A stretch of 54,028 bases of DNA, counting the filler, from Squatina squatina (taxonomy: Eukaryota), in the NCBI GenBank assembly GCA_031763465.1. It is 3 parts of 3 records of this genome, joined end to end, with 100 filler letters (N's around TTAATTAATTAA, not from the genome) between each part and the next. Parts side by side here need not be neighbours in the genome. Positions count along the whole stretch, not along the records: positions 12,938 to 39,636 come from JARFOE010000004.1; 2 more parts are not named here. One strand, written 5' to 3'. The number at the start of each line of letters is the position of its first letter. Positions within the stretch are counted from its first letter, which is position 1. A program made the position numbers and the translations under genes. The notes below the pieces were generated by a model that was given only the letters and a program-made list of their open reading frames with translations, made no database searches and was not told where the DNA came from. Shown piece after piece: positions 12,938 through 27,401 of the stretch.

Positions 12938-13259
12938 GTTTTTAAAATGTTTTGTGATGTGTTTGTGTTGTTTTTCATCTTTTATTGAAGTTTTGACAGT
13001 TCTTGACAGATCGCATAGAACTGTCAAAATTTCAATGAACGACACACCTACCTGATTGGCTGGGGCCTCCCATGTGACCTCTCCAACCTCTTCGACTTGC
13101 CCGGGAAACTAGAGAGCCCCGCTCCGAATCTCCAACTCGGGCGGGGGCGCTGAATATCGCAAGGTCGCGTGGATCCAGGACCCTGAGGTAAGTACGTCGA
13201 GTAAATTGTCAATCGGAGGCATCCGCATGCAGGAAGCCTCCAATCGTAATTTCAGGGCC
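12938..13259. mobile_element. Non-autonomous element right end, copy 1
   Basis: 13054-13259 is clearly homologous to 46155-46372 (tgattgg.tggggcctcccatgtgacctctcca...ccgcatgcaggaagcctccaatcg.aatttcagggcc). Confidence 0.75.
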
Positions 13260-13962
13260 AGCCTGTTTTATTTCTGTAGCAAAGACCTGTGGAATAGTTC
13301 ATTGGAGATCTATGATTTGCAATTGTATTTAATGTTTTACACAAATTATTTAACAAGCATCTTATTTCAGAAGTTCAATTCCAGATACAATTTTAATCAA
13401 TGTGGCTCTTTGTCACCTACAAAACTCGTCAGGAAGGCAAAGCAAATTTTTCGTGAAGGAGATGGAGACAGATGTCATATTCCTCTCACCTAATAATAAT
13501 TATATCAGCCCTGGCTTCTTTGATATTCTGCATTGATTAGAGTGTAACAATGTGCTCCAGCAACCTGTCCTCTTTACAAAGAAGAATATAAATCACTTTT
13601 TTATGCAGTTTTCCTTCAGTGTTGCTTCTGTTGCTCTGTGAATTTAGTTATTGATACATTTGTATGAAAATTCTGTACTGGCTATCACCGAGCACAATAG
13701 CTTAAATTATTTATGGCTCTCTCCTTTATTGCTGTGGCATTTGCATATCAGAGTAACAACTCATTTTAACAAATTAATGTACTACACTGAGAAGCCAGTA
13801 AATTGAACCTTTTTGAATTGTACAAACACAGCCATTGAAACGCAGTCCTCACCACTTATAGCCACTGTGCTGGTGTTAATGCGATTAGCCCGCTATAAGC
13901 ATTGGATGGTGTGTAGTCTTTTACAGCACCATTTGCCCGTTATAGGCAGCTACTGACAATAA

Positions 13963-14090
13963 GCGTGGACCTGAGCAGGGGCGGAAGCAACGGAGGCAGC
14001 AGCAGCGTAAAGGGAGAGGCGGAGAAGGCCCAGGACAGAGCGAGGACCTGAGCTGGAACGGAGGCAGCAGCAGCAGCCTAAAGGGAGCTC
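13963..14090 (+). repeat. Imperfect tandem duplication in a purine-rich GC block (possible LINE 5' UTR monomers)
   Basis: Two units of gcg.ggacctgagc...aacggaggcagcagcagc..taaagggag. Confidence 0.6.
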
Positions 14091-17000
14091 AGCGGCAATT
14101 CAAAGAAAAAGCCAGGAGTGACATCAGGTAAAGGTCACACCATTTTTTTTTCTCTTTAAGTTAGGGGTCAGAGTTAAATAGCTGGTTAGGGATAAAGCAG
14201 GAGCTTGGAGAATAGTAACTGTTAATACTATATCACATTAGTAACTGAAATACTGTATTAAGTTATTAACTGTTAATATTATATTAAATTAGTCAATGTT
14301 AAAGCTATATGATAGTAATAACTTGNNNNNNNNNNNNNNNNNNNNNNNNNNNNNNNNNNNNNNNNNNNNNNNNNNNNNNNNNNNNNNNNNNNNNNNNNNN
14401 NNNNNNNNNNNNNNNNNNNNNNNNNGGTCAAAGAGGTAGGTTTTAAGGAGCGTCTTAAAGAGAAGAGAGAGGTTTAGGGAGGGATTCCAGAGCTTAGGGC
14501 CTAGGCAGCTGAAGGAACAACAGACAATGGTTGAGCGATTAAAATCGGGGATATGCAAGATATATATATCTCCATATATAATAATTGTTCTCAGATAGTC
14601 TTGTATCAAACACCCAACCCTTGATTCAGGGAGTAAGGAAAATCAAATTGCTAACTTGCCTCTCCTTTGTTTGGCCCACCTTTCAGCATGGCCATGACCA
14701 CTGTTTACACAGTGGGCACAAAAGTAGCTCGGACATCAGCAGGTGTAAACTGGTGTGAACTGCTCACTGACTGGGACAAAGCCAACCTAGCCTGCCCAGA
14801 AAAAGGGAACATTGCTGCATTGTTTTGGCCACTCATTGCCAATTCTTTCTCCAAGATCCTCTCCACAGAGGCACCTTAAGAAATCTAGACCACTTTGATC
14901 ACTCGCATCAAAGCACGCTCTGTACTTACACTGACAAACTGCTGGTAATAAGCGAGCCATTTCAATAATAGTGCTTTAAGTAAATGTTATAATGTTTTTT
15001 AAAAAAACAGAGTACAAAAGAATGCCCAGATAGTGCTTTTTGTTAAAGATTTACACAGGGTACTTCAGTTATGCATGACAGCTTCTATACAATAGGCTTG
15101 TGCTCAAGAGTTGTATGTAGATAGGGACCTTAGCCCAGTTCCAGTTCCAATGTAAGTTCAGCTGATCCCTGCGTCTTTTGAATTGAATGTCCATAAATGG
15201 AGTACGAGTTAGTCTCCTCTGCTTCGGAGTCCGTGGGGTAGATTTCCAAATTGCCGCCCAGGCTTCAAACTGGCATTGTGGAGATGCCCCTTATAGAAAC
15301 CATCTGGTCTTTACCTCCATTTATTTCAATGGAAATTAAAATTACTTTGCAGAAATAGATTAGATTTTTACACAGAATCAATTTCACTGACTGAATAAAA
15401 TGAACATGTACATTTTAGCGTTTAATATGTCATGCACAGAGACTGCCAAGGTCACAAATTCTCAAATTGATCTGACATTTTAGGTTTATAAACTTTGACC
15501 TTTTGCTTTTTATTACAAAGCCTTATTATATTGTCACAATTCATTTAACTTTCCATGGAAAAGCTAAATTGAACCAATTTTACATGGCTGTGTCAAGAGA
15601 GTTGTAAAAAAGTCTATTAAAACTATGTCCCATGGTAAAATATGACATTCAATGAAAAAAGAGGAAATAATTTCACTGGGTTAAACTGGTTTAAAAGAAA
15701 ATTCAGTAACAGCACTAGAGGTCAATACTTTATTAAAAATGAGTCTTTCAATTCCCATCACATAAAAACATTCTGCTGTATGTGATGCTGTGCAGCGGTG
15801 GTGTGCAGAATCTTCTAATAGATATTTAAAGAAGGCTGCTTAAGAATTAATGCAAGTTCATATCTGAAGTTAAGCAAAATATCCAATACAGGATCACACT
15901 TTTATTTTTTCCTTGCTTAAATCACGCAGTTTGTAGAAGCATTGTGGGATATTTACAGAATTTTGAAACATTAATATTTTCTATGAATTTTGTGGTTCAA
16001 GTCACATTGGAGCCAATTTCACCTTTGAGCGCTGGCAGTAGCAGGTTGATCACCAGTTATGTACCCTACCTGATTTTCCTTGCCATTGACTTTAATGGAA
16101 TACTGGTGTTGTCATGTGTGGATGAAGCTTCTTTAATTCCCATTTATAGTAAATGGATTCATGCCTTTGCTAAAATAGTGAACAGAGGAACTTAATACAA
16201 GCGCATCAATGTGTTCATTGACAACATCGTACTCTGAGAGGTGTTTAGTGTTGCTGGGCAACTTGGATGTAAATGGCACAACACAGTGAAGCTACTTCCA
16301 CATTGGATTCCTAAAATACTACTTTCATGCTGAAGATGTGAGGCGAGTCTTGCTCGACAGGAGTTTTGACTGGAGAATAAGAGCGTGGAGGTCACAGCAC
16401 CTGATTTGCAATGCTCCTGATCTGCTGCACATTAACGACCTGATTCTCTGATCTGTGCTTCTGTCAAGTGAGAGTTCTCACAGTACAAGAGACTCTGAAC
16501 ATTTATCCCATATTGCTCATGCAGTGAGCCCTTTAGAAACACAGAAAAGGGCAGGTTGGCTAATCACTAATAACTGGTAGTTTTAATTCATCCATTGCCT
16601 CTGTATTGAAACCTTAACTGAAAATTTGGTGTTCTGATAACATTACAAAAACTAATCAAGGGGGAGTTTTTTTTAGTGTGCTATGTGTAACAATATCATC
16701 AATCTATTATCAAGAACGTGTTTTTTGTGCAGAAAGGAAGTTCTTTCTCCTTATCACTAAAATTACCATTTTATATCTGGTAAGTTACAAGTTGTACTAT
16801 TACCATATAATGGCAGGTTACTACCTCAGTGTTCCTACAGCATAAGGTAGGAATGAAAAAAAAAATTCACTCTTGAAGTGGTGATGCTGACTTAAATTGT
16901 ATTCTACAAATTGCTCTGCTGCCGCTGGGTAGCATGTGTTGGTAGAGTGCATAACTTACTTGCGTTTAAAATAATTTATTAGCTATAATCTTAGAAAAAG

Positions 17001-18784
17001 GTGAAAAGTAACTTGCTAAAACTGCATCAACCCAGAGATTTTGCTCCGAAGAACAAATCACGGAAGAGGTCTTAAAGCACATTATACTTAAATACCAAAT
17101 TTTACATACACAAGAGCCTGGAATTTGCAGTCAGCAGCGAAGCGATGGCACATGCCGCTAATCTTTAAGAAAGCTGCCCACAAAGATCTAGTGATGTATG
17201 TGGCATCGATTTCAGCTATCCTGGCCTCTGGCCTTTGAACCTGGTGCCAAACCCTCAGCATCCTGCAACAATGATGTCATCAAGCAGGCTATGTAGCCAA
17301 TCACATTGAAGTATTATCACAGACAGCAAACCAGGAAGTAAAATGCGCAGATTCTTTTTATGAATGTTAGAGAGTGAAATAAAGATTGGGACATAAACAT
17401 AGGAGGTAGAAACTGAAATCTCAAACTTTAAAAAAAAAAAATTTTCAAAATAATTTAATNNNNNNNNNNNNNNNNNNNNNNNNNNNNNNNNNNNNNNNNN
17501 NNNNNNNNNNNNNNNNNNNNNNNNNNNNNNNNNNNNNNNNNNNNNNNNNNNNNNNNNNNTCCCTATTCAACAGGATCGTTTTGTTTTTAGTTGCTGACCC
17601 ATAGGACAATTAAGTTACTTTAGCTGATGCGTCAAACACGCAATTTTAAAGTGCAACCATTTAAATAAAACTACAGTTTATTAAAAAAAAGTATGGAAAA
17701 TAAATATGCACGATTAATGCATTCAGTTTTATGAAATGTTCCATTTTGGTTCCTGCTGTTTAATCATACGTCGTATTGCTTGCATGCATAACTTTTAATT
17801 CTATTCATTATTGTACTTGTTTTTTACAAGCTGCCACCCCTAGCCTTCCTACTGCTTAGGCACGTGTTTATTTCACAAACCTAAATGCTAATTTCTTTGT
17901 ATTCTGTCATTTAATAGCCTAATTTCCAGTCTAACCTTTTGAAAACAGATTGGTGTGTGAACTATTATAGCTGAGGCCATAATTTTTAATTATCAAATTA
18001 TTCCAACCTTCACAGATGAAAAGGGGGAAAAATATTCGAACTCATTGAAACTGCACTCTGCTCTTGTACAGTTATATTGTAATAAAATGGTATGGAGCTG
18101 TATGTGTACGTCGATATGTTGTCTGCATGGTTGAAGCTTACAAATGGTAAAGAACAATTAGGTTATGCACTGCTCCCTAATCATTCAAAATTTTAATAAA
18201 TAACATGAAGCCAACTTGCGTTAGTCCTACAACAATATATTCTGGGAACATCACAGAACACGAAGAACTAAGTGAAGCAGGCTCAAACCCACTGCAATAG
18301 CACAGACCTGACCCCACCAAATCTTCCAGCATCAGGCCTCATTACAGATTCAGAATACCACAGCAAGCGGTCACTGTTTGAGGGAAGTGATTTAAAGACC
18401 TGCGGCAGCAGATTACGGAAGATAGCACTTTGGTGGTGAAATTTCTCTGCACTTAACAGAGGTTTGGAACAAATGAACAGAGCTATACAAAAGCTCCCAG
18501 GTTTCCTGATACGTCTGTAGAGCTGCATATAATTGAAGTGCAGCAGAGGAAGCTAGTTCTTTGTTGACATTGTTGAGCATCGTTCACACAGGAAAACTTT
18601 CTACAGTGAATGCACAAAGGCCTTTGAGCACTGCAATACACCCAAGAGCACAAAGCAACACCAGGGACAGAGGAGCCTCCACTGACAGAGGTTGTAGATC
18701 CAGTCAACTATCTCTCATTGATGTTCAGACCACTGCTACAGAGGCCTTGGGATTCAAGACGCAACAGACTACATTCAGCAAAAA

Positions 18785-18915
18785 CATAAGAACATAAGAA
18801 ATAGGAGCTGGAGTTGGCCATTTGGCCCTTCGAGCCTGCTCCGCCATTCAACAAGAGCAGGCTGATCTTCTACCACAACGTCACCTTCCCGCACTATCCC
18901 CACATCCCATAATTT
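18785..18915 (-). mobile_element. CR1 3' end (similar ends at 3880-3927 -, 22362-22505 +, 32902-32977 +, 46010-46155 +, 47170-47280 +, 53985-54028 -)
   Basis: acataagaacataagaaataggagc.ggagt.ggccatt.ggccc.tcgagcctgctccgccattcaa is the recurrent CR1 3' UTR with tandem tail. Most copies abut N gaps. Confidence 0.8.
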
Positions 18916-19077
18916 TTGNNNNNNNNNNNNNNNNNNNNNNNNNNNNNNNNNNNNNNNNNNNNNNNNNNNNNNNNNNNNNNNNNNNNNNNNNNNNNNNNNN
19001 NNNNNNNNNNNNNNNNNNATTTTATAATACTGTCTAGATTCCTTTACCAGTATTTCATTCAACTTAGCATACCTTAC

Positions 19078-19644
19078 CATAGGAACAGGAGTAGACTATT
19101 CAGCCTCCTTCAGTGAGATCATGGCTGATTTGTATCTTAACTGCATTTATCGGCCTTGGTTCCATAACCATAAATACTCTTGTCTAACAAAAATCTATCA
19201 ATCTCAGTATTAAAATTTTCAATTAACCTTGCATCAACAGCTTTTTTCAGGAAAGAGTTAAAACAGCATTTTGGGGGAAAGAGTTCCAGAGTTCCACTAC
19301 CCTTTGCGTGAAGAAGTGCTTTCTGACATCACCCCTGAAAGGCCTAGCTCTACTTTTAAAGTTATGTACTGGACTCCCCACCAAAGGAAATAGTTTCTCA
19401 CTAGCTACCCTATCAACTCCTTTAATAATCTTAAACGCCCCAATAGATCATCCCTTAATCTTCTATACTCAAGGGAATACAAGCCCAGTCTATGCAACCT
19501 GTCCTCACATTTTAACCTTTTTAGCCCAGGTATCATGCTGGTGAATCTGCGCTGCACTGCCTTAAAGGCCAATATATCCTTCCTGAGGTGTGGTGCCCAG
19601 ACTGAATGCAGTGCTCCAGATGGGGCCTAACCAGCACTTTACAT
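19078..19644 (-). mobile_element. CR1 LINE 3' fragment
   Basis: KVLVRPHLEHCIQ motif and 3' UTR; homologous to 41715-42112. Confidence 0.85.
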
Positions 19645-19759
19645 NNNNNNNNNNNNNNNNNNNNNNNNNNNNNNNNNNNNNNNNNNNNNNNNNNNNNNNN
19701 NNNNNNNNNNNNNNNNNNNNNNNNNNNNNNNNNNNNNNNNNNNNACACATGCACACATT

Positions 19760-20760
19760 CACTGACCATCATCTGCAGCAAGGGGATGTGCACCACCACC
19801 TGCCATAGGATGACCAATGTTGCCACCCAGTATCTTGGCGATGTCCTCCTCGATGGCAGATAGTAGTATGACATTGGGCTCCCCTCCACCAGTGCGCTGC
19901 TGCTCACCTCTGTTCCTTGCTAGCTTTGACTGCATAAAATAGGAAAAGTGTAGTAAGCTACATACTTTACATAGGTATGTCCATTGCATGTCATGCCCAG
20001 GAAGCTGTGCCATTTGTTAGAAGGCAATAATTCATTATGTATGCATGTAGAAGTGTTTAAAGTGACATGATGCTGAGATTACCTATCCAATCACAAGACT
20101 TTTATCACACTTGCACATTTGTACATTCAACAACAAAGCACACTTACTTTGACTGCACAACTTAGGTCATTGAACTTTTTGTGACATTGATGTCCTGTAT
20201 GCATAGCCTCATCTGAGGCAGACACCTCCCCAGCTATTTCCCTCCATAAGCTCCTCAGCAGTTGAGCACTTCCTCTTCAGCCCGTCTTGGCAAACAGTTG
20301 TGCGGCCCTCCTCTCCACACCTGCAACTGGAGCCTCCAGCGCCTCACTGGTGAACTGTAGGGCTCTGGCCCCTCGTTCATCTGCTGCCATGGCTGCAGCA
20401 CAAAAGGACTTATAACCTTGGAAGAACATTAGAACAAATACCTTCCCTGTGAGCTGTCTGATGCAATACTGACCTAAGCAGTGGGTTCACTGAGTTCAAT
20501 CATTGACTTTAAAGGCTGAGGTGGGCTGGTGAGTGATGAGCCTCATCAGCTAGTTCAGTGAATTGGTCCTGTGAAATCTATCTCGCCCACTTAGCACCAC
20601 ACCAGCACCCAGTTATGCTGATTTGAAGCCCTATTTGGAACCTGCCTGAAAAAAAATATTAAAGACACCAATTCCGCAGTTTAAGAGAGCAGCATAAAAA
20701 TGGCGCAAAAAACAGGCCTTTTCAGTAACTTAACTTACCAGCGCAAGCGAATTGGGCTCC
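19760..20760 (-). mobile_element. Harbinger fragment with Myb/SANT exons 1 and 2
   Basis: MAADERGARALQFTSEALEAPVAGVERR...QCHKKFNDL (about 20390-20160) and QSKLARNRGEQQRTGGGEPNVILLSAIEEDIAKILG (about 19935-19820). Confidence 0.75.
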
Positions 20761-21559
20761 CTTTGGCTCTTTAAAAGTGGGGAATAAAGAGTCCCAATTT
20801 AAATTCTGCAGTAGAAAGATCTGAAGAAGAATTTGAGATGCTTTTTATTTAGCTTGCATGACAAGAGGACCAGGAACTGAATGCGGTTGAAAGCCGAGAG
20901 TTACCATACTTGGAAATGCAAACATCCTGTTTATAAGCTATAAAAAAAATAACTAAAGGTTTGATTACCCTGTATTAAATGAGCAGATGTTACATCCCAC
21001 GCTACAAAATTAATTGAAATGTTATTGCTGTAATCTGTTTGTGAATGGTTCTCAGTCCTCATTTGCTCATTTGATCTCATATGAAATCGAGTTGAAATTC
21101 ATTGGACAAGAGATCTTGCAGCTTTGAGTGAATTATTAACTATGACGAGGTTCCTTTTGATTAAACATGACAAGTGTTAATGCACTGCGTAATGCTTGGT
21201 ATCTGTGAAGCTTTGCTCTTTTTGCACTTTGCAATGTCTGCATTTCATACCACAATGTATTCAAAGTGGTGCTGACTTTAAATTGTTCAAATGGTTTATC
21301 CTTTCAGTACTATATATAGGTCTGAACAATGGGCCCAGTTTCCAAAACAATTTAATCTTTTACAAGGCCATATGCAGACTTGTTTTGCTGGAGGAGACAT
21401 TTAGAGGAAGAAATTGGATAAATCCCGAGAACAATAATAGGGATCGTGGTACACGGTTTGTTGCGTTGCAGCTAACACGTTACATTTGTACTGCCTAGTC
21501 TTTGAAATGATTGCTGTGTGCACCAAGCACTCCCCATGCTGTTCATTCAGCAGGGGGCC

Positions 21560-22130
21560 CAATATCATGGGTGGCTAGTGTTACTTAAAAAGGGAGCCTG
21601 CACCTTTTAAAGGGGAGGTGCATCGTGGCTCCAGGAAGTGGCCAGAGTTTTTTCAAAAGTCAGTCTGGGCTGTGATACTTTGAGGAATAGCTGAATATGG
21701 GAGAAAGCATGCACCAAGGTTTTCAATCACTGCACTGGAGGTCTTGATGCAAGATGTAGAAAGGAGTGATATTTTAATTCCGCGAGGGGCGAGGTGGAAC
21801 AGAAGGCCCTGCAGACATATGCTCAAGAGGCAGTGGGGACAAGTAGTGGTAGATGTCAATGTCAGGAGAGTTGCTCCAAGAACATGGATGCAGAGTAAGA
21901 AGAAGTTTAACAATCTAACACGAGTTGTCAAGGTGAATGAGCTCATCGCCAAATGGCATTTCCTATCAACTAAACCACTAGTCTCATCCACTGCTTAAGT
22001 CACTACAACCCATCACCCACCTTCCAACAATCTCTATTAATCAGTACTCAACCCTTTAATTCATATGCTTTACCTCATCCACACACACTTAGCAATGTTG
22101 CTACAACTCATGCCTGCATGTTTTAACCCC
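21560..22130 (+). mobile_element. Harbinger fragment carrying the first Myb/SANT exon
   Basis: RKHAPRFSITALEVLMQDVERSDIL...LKRQWGQVVVDVNVRRVAPRTWMQSKKKFNNLTRVVK|gtga (about 21700-21932) is the same motif family as 32450-32714. Confidence 0.8.
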
Positions 22131-23589
22131 CATGGAAAATATAGTGCTGACCATCATGGGAAAGGGCATCATTGTGGGGCTGAAGGGATCAATGATGAGG
22201 GTATCTACATTCTGAATCCTCCTTTTCTCAGTCCATTTTTCCCTCAGCCAGCAACCTGTTCNNNNNNNNNNNNNNNNNNNNNNNNNNNNNNNNNNNNNNN
22301 NNNNNNNNNNNNNNNNNNNNNNNNNNNNNNNNNNNNNNNNNNNNNNNNNNNNNNNNNNNNNAATGGGAGTTGAATAAGTATCTGAAGGGAAAAAAATGCA
22401 GGGCTACAGGGAAAGGGCAGGGGAGTGGGACTAGCTGAGAGTCGGCACAGGTTTGACAGGCTGAATGACCTACTTGCGAGCTGTAACCATTCTGTGATTC
22501 TATGATTTGGAACTCTAATTGGAGTGAACAGCACCTCAGTACATCTATTTATTGACAGAATTACAGTGAACAACCAGTGCTATAATATCCATAATTCCTA
22601 ATCTCAATTTTAGTAAGCTTAGGCTGGAAACTTGTTGTTGGTGTACTGGCTGACANNNNNNNNNNTGTGGGTTTCATGCTTCCTGCTTCTTAAGATCTGT
22701 TCTTAAGTTTGTTGCGGGGCCTCTTAATGTATTTTCCCACCCAATCTGTGTGTACCCAGACTTACTGGCCGTACAACTCTGCTACTTGCTGTTATTTAAT
22801 GGGGGGGAAAGGAGCTGGAATATTGCTGCCTTCATGGACTGCATGTGCAGTGCACTAATCTTATCTACTTGAAATGGGGTCAGCCAGCGAGGTTCTTGCA
22901 TGTCAGGAGCTTTAACCTAGCAGCAGGAAAGTCAATTGGCTTTTACTGGCAGATACTTAACAGCTATCGGGATTGCTCTCAGTTCTCCCTTGTCACTTAA
23001 CGTAATGCAGGAGGATGAGCAAGTACAAACAAAAAGAGTTGCCTGGGATGTCAGTGCCTGGGTTGGACTGCCTGCAGACACCAATTTTCTACCAATCATA
23101 TCTACAGGCCCTGGCTCTGCTACCTGGCAATGTCTCAACTGCACGGCCTCTGTAGCCTCAGGTTTAGTGGGGAGATAGTAACGAAGCTGCCTATTTCAAA
23201 GAGACCCGCAAGCAATGTCTAACACAGGGATATCATTGCTAGTGGCCATCAATGCGACCAGGAGCCTCAACTTGTCTGCTTCCAGCTCTTTCCAGTATTG
23301 CAGTACTATTTGCAGTATCAGGTAACTTGGCTGTACATTGCTGTATTAAACAGGTGACTGATGATTTGTTCANNNNNNNNNNNNNNNNNNNNNNNNNNNN
23401 NNNNNNNNNNNNNNNNNNNNNNNNNNNNNNNNNNNNNNNNNNNNNNNNNNNNNNNNNNNNNNNNNNNNNNNNACCAGTGTCAAAATACTTACTTCTCCTT
23501 GAACAGCCTGTAATCAGCCTGCACACTTAGGACTGCTCTCAAGATTTAGTCAGCTCTGTAAATTTCAGGATCTTATTTTGATCAGCTGA

Positions 23590-23955
23590 TAGGGGAGTGA
23601 TTATTTTATAGGATTAGTAATCCAGAGATTTGTATAATAATCCAGAGATTGTGAGTTCAAAATTTGAATTCTGGCATCAACTGAAGTGACCAAAAAGCTT
23701 TCAGATTGTTGTAAAAATCCAGCCGCTTCACTAATATCTTTTTATGCGAAGGAAACCTGTTGTACTTACCCAGTCTGGCCGATATGTGACTCCAGTCCCA
23801 CACCAAAATACTTGACTCTTAACTGCCCTCTGAAGTGTCCCAGCAAGCCACTCGGTTCTTCTGCAGCAGTTCAGCAGCCAAAACATTCTCAGGGCAACTG
23901 GGGACGGGCAGTAAATGTGGCCTTACCAGCATTGCCCACATCCCGTGAACAAAAA
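23590..23955 (+). mobile_element. tRNA-derived SINE with CR1-type tail, third family
   Basis: B-box-like gtgagttcaaa, body gtgactccagtcccacacc...cttaactgccctctgaagtg, tail tctcagggcaactggggacgggcagtaaatg...cccacatcccgtgaac. The same tail occurs inverted at 26320-26393. Confidence 0.6.
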
Positions 23956-26900
23956 TAGGAGAAAAAGTTTGCTGAGCTGATGCTGAAATTTCTATGATTA
24001 CACATTGGATGATGTTTCGTTGGACTGTTTGCCACATAATGCGAAACAATTGAGAGCCTCGCTGCAGTCAGGCAATGTAAAATATGCTCTGCTGCCCTGT
24101 GAAGAGCCCACTGTGGAGCAGCACAGCAGTATAACTAGATTCAAAACTGGAAATACTCCATTCTCCAATATCAACAATGCTCACTCGTCTCAAAAATAAA
24201 TCTGAACTAAAAGATCTAACAAGCAGAATTTATGTTTTGCCATAAGATTCAGCAACCTAATTTTATCACTGGCATCTCGTGAATAATACTCATCCAAAGC
24301 AGGGCGGCAACTGTCAAGAGATGGGAATGTAATCATTTAACACAAATTGCAAACAGTTAATTTATCCAGTTCACACTGCTGTGCACTGTCTAGATATGCA
24401 TAATGCACAGCATCTTAATATTTCTGGAGTGCCAACTAAGCTACAGATGCAGTTACAAATGTAATTTAGGAACAGATTGCCAGTTGTAATCTCAGTCTCA
24501 GGTATGTATCTTTAATTGACTGTGGCCAGATTTGGAATATAAAATAATTAGAATTATTCCAATGTTATGAATTAAATTGGATGCAGTATCAAATTAAATT
24601 GTGATTTTTGTTAAAATGTGGAAATGTTCATACTAATTTCTTATGGCTATAAATCAAGGCAATGAAAAGAAACATATCAAAATGCTGGAAATCTTAAAGA
24701 AAAAAGCAGGAAAATATCGGAAAGTTAAAGCAGAGTTGTCAGCACCTGAAAAGAGAAAATCAGGGGGGTTTATTTGGAGAAGAGGTGAAAACAGGGGCTA
24801 AGTGGGTGCTGTGCTAATAAGACACATCCGTTTCAAAGTCGGGTTTTAGCACAAAATGTTGGGGCNNNNNNNNNNNNNNNNNNNNNNNNNNNNNNNNNNN
24901 NNNNNNNNNNNNNNNNNNNNNNNNNNNNNNNNNNNNNNNNNNNNNNNNNNNNNNNNNNNNNNNNNAGGTGATGACAAGCTTTGGTTCAGCTAGAATGCCC
25001 ACTATGGTCCAATACCCTGTCTGCACTCACCTAGCAGAAGGTGCTTGTGGAGTTATATCATTGCACCTTCAAGGGAGGAGGCAACAAGAAATAAATGAAT
25101 GAATGCTGTCATGTTTACAGAGAACTTACAAAGCAGAAACAGGCCAATCAGCCACGGTCGATGCTGGTGTTTGTGCTGCACACAAGCCTCCGCATAATCT
25201 ACTTCATCTCACGCTATCGGCATATCTCTAACCCTATCAATATATCAGCATGTACATGTAAGTACAAATGCTAGGAGCATAACATCTAGGAAAAAGAGCG
25301 AAAGGGTAAACACAAAAACTAAGCAATGCTGAAAAAATTATTTGGAGCATTATTTACAAGCCGAGGATGTGATGTAGACCAGTCCTGTGAAACAATCCTT
25401 ATTAAATCTTTGCAGCTCAATCAAGAAAAAAAAATTAACAGTCTCTGATTATTATTTTAAGGAGTTTCAAATTCCTACATATATTGAAAAAAAATCATAT
25501 TGTGGCCTGTGTAACTGCAGGCACTGTTTCAAAAGCTGCTCTAAGGACTAAAGCAATGCAAGCAATTCAAAATGTTTGTCAATACAAACTCTTTTCCATT
25601 GTATAAATATAGCATTCTTAAAACTGTGTTTAACTGTTGTAGGCATAGATATTAATGGTAGGGACTGTGCCAGGACACCTTAATTTTGCCAGGATATATT
25701 TCTAAAATATTTACATTATTGTCTTAAATAATTACTTGCTATCAATTGCAGCAAAAGATAATTCATCAAAAAATAAAATGCATCAGCCATATCTACCTCA
25801 ACAACTTACATTTCAATGAAATATGGGGTGTAAGTGCATAATGCTACAGATATGCCCTGATTGTTAATGATAATGATCAATCTGTGTTAGCTGGCTTAAT
25901 AACAAACATCTTCAGCCTATATTCTAATGAGAGCACAGGTTGCAGAGAGAGTGCATCAGAGGAATAGGCTTGTAATTTTGTTTATAAATTTGTTAATAAA
26001 TGGAGTTAATTGACGAATAAAGATCAACAAGCATAAATACATATTTGAGGCAACTTGTCTAGTGTTACTTAACGTACCTTCTGTAAATTGTAGGGGGATT
26101 CTGCAGCTCCATGTCGTGCACAATTGATGCCCTTGAGATGGAGAGTCACAAGAGCTCAAGCACCATGACAACCATAATGATATGGAGTTAGCAACATCAT
26201 AAGAGCACATCAGTCTTTGCTGAAGATAAAGAAAACACATTGCATTGACCTTTTACTGTCACTGCGTGGAAACAGAATTTTTTTTTTTTAATTCCGAATT
26301 TGCATTTGCTTTTTTTAACTCATTCTCAGGATGTGTCCATCACTGGCAAGGCCAGCATTTATTCCCCATCCCTAGTTGCCCTTGAGAAGGTGGNNNNNNN
26401 NNNNNNNNNNNNNNNNNNNNNNNNNNNNNNNNNNNNNNNNNNNNNNNNNNNNNNNNNNNNNNNNNNNNNNNNNNNNNNNNNNNNNNNNNNNNNTTCTGTG
26501 GGTGAAGTTTATGACATTCTTTCACAATTCTGTCATTTTCAAAGCTGATTTAGAAAACATACCTGCAAGCAACAAAAAGTCACAGCCACTTATAGCTTGG
26601 AAATTTTTAATTAACTTTAAATTATTGAACTCGATGCATGTGCAAAAGCAAAAGAAAATTCTGCCAAGCAATGCTTTTAATATTCCTTACAAATATTGAA
26701 TATAATTTTAATATAGCCTGGAGACACAAGCTTTGAATCTCTAATTTAAGCATTAATAAACTTAATAGGATGTAGAGGAATAATTCTTGTATTAAGAGCA
26801 TTTAAATGATTGAGACCGAATGCGGAGCTTCAAGCAGCAAAATACTTAAGGTATAATACTGAGAAACTTTGCTTGAAGCAACTTAATTTGAAACCTTGAC

Positions 26901-26989
26901 TTGAGCGTTTAGCTTTTAATTAGGGCTTTATAAGAAAATATGATAATTGTCATGTCAGGGCAGTGAGAGGGCTGAGGCTGATGGTCTGA

Positions 26990-27401
26990 ACAGAACAGAG
27001 GGGGTAATGAGGACTGGCACATTACGATAGCGTCATGCCTATTGCCAGGAAACTGGGCACAGACCTGCATGAGGTGCTGCCTGTGATCACAAACAAGTTG
27101 AACATTGAGCCATTCCTGTTGAGAAACATGGCCTGGTGGGGAGCACACAGGGCTATGCTGTTAATGGTCACCTGCACATGCAGGAATCCAGAAATGCGGG
27201 TGGATCCCAGTGGTCTTTCTTCCTGCTTGTCCTCTATGGGGAGGGTAACGAACTGTTGATGCCTTGTAAACAGTGCATCAGTGACTTGCCAGATCACGGT
27301 GTGCACAGAAAACTGACTGATGTTGCTGATGTCCCAAGAGCAGTTTGGGAGGACCCAAAGGCAGAAAGACTTAGAGCCATGGTGACCTGTGCTGCCACAG
27401 G
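26990..27401 (-). mobile_element. Second HARBI1-like transposase fragment
   Basis: Across frames: VTDALFTRHQQFVTLP, RISGFLHVQVTI, FLNRNG, LNVQLVCDHRQHLMQVCAQFPGNRHDAIVMCQSSLPPLF. Confidence 0.85.

Noticed and set aside
18260-18780. Coding-like stretch
   Set aside because: Stops in all frames and no consistent splice sites; probably an old unrecognised transposon ORF.
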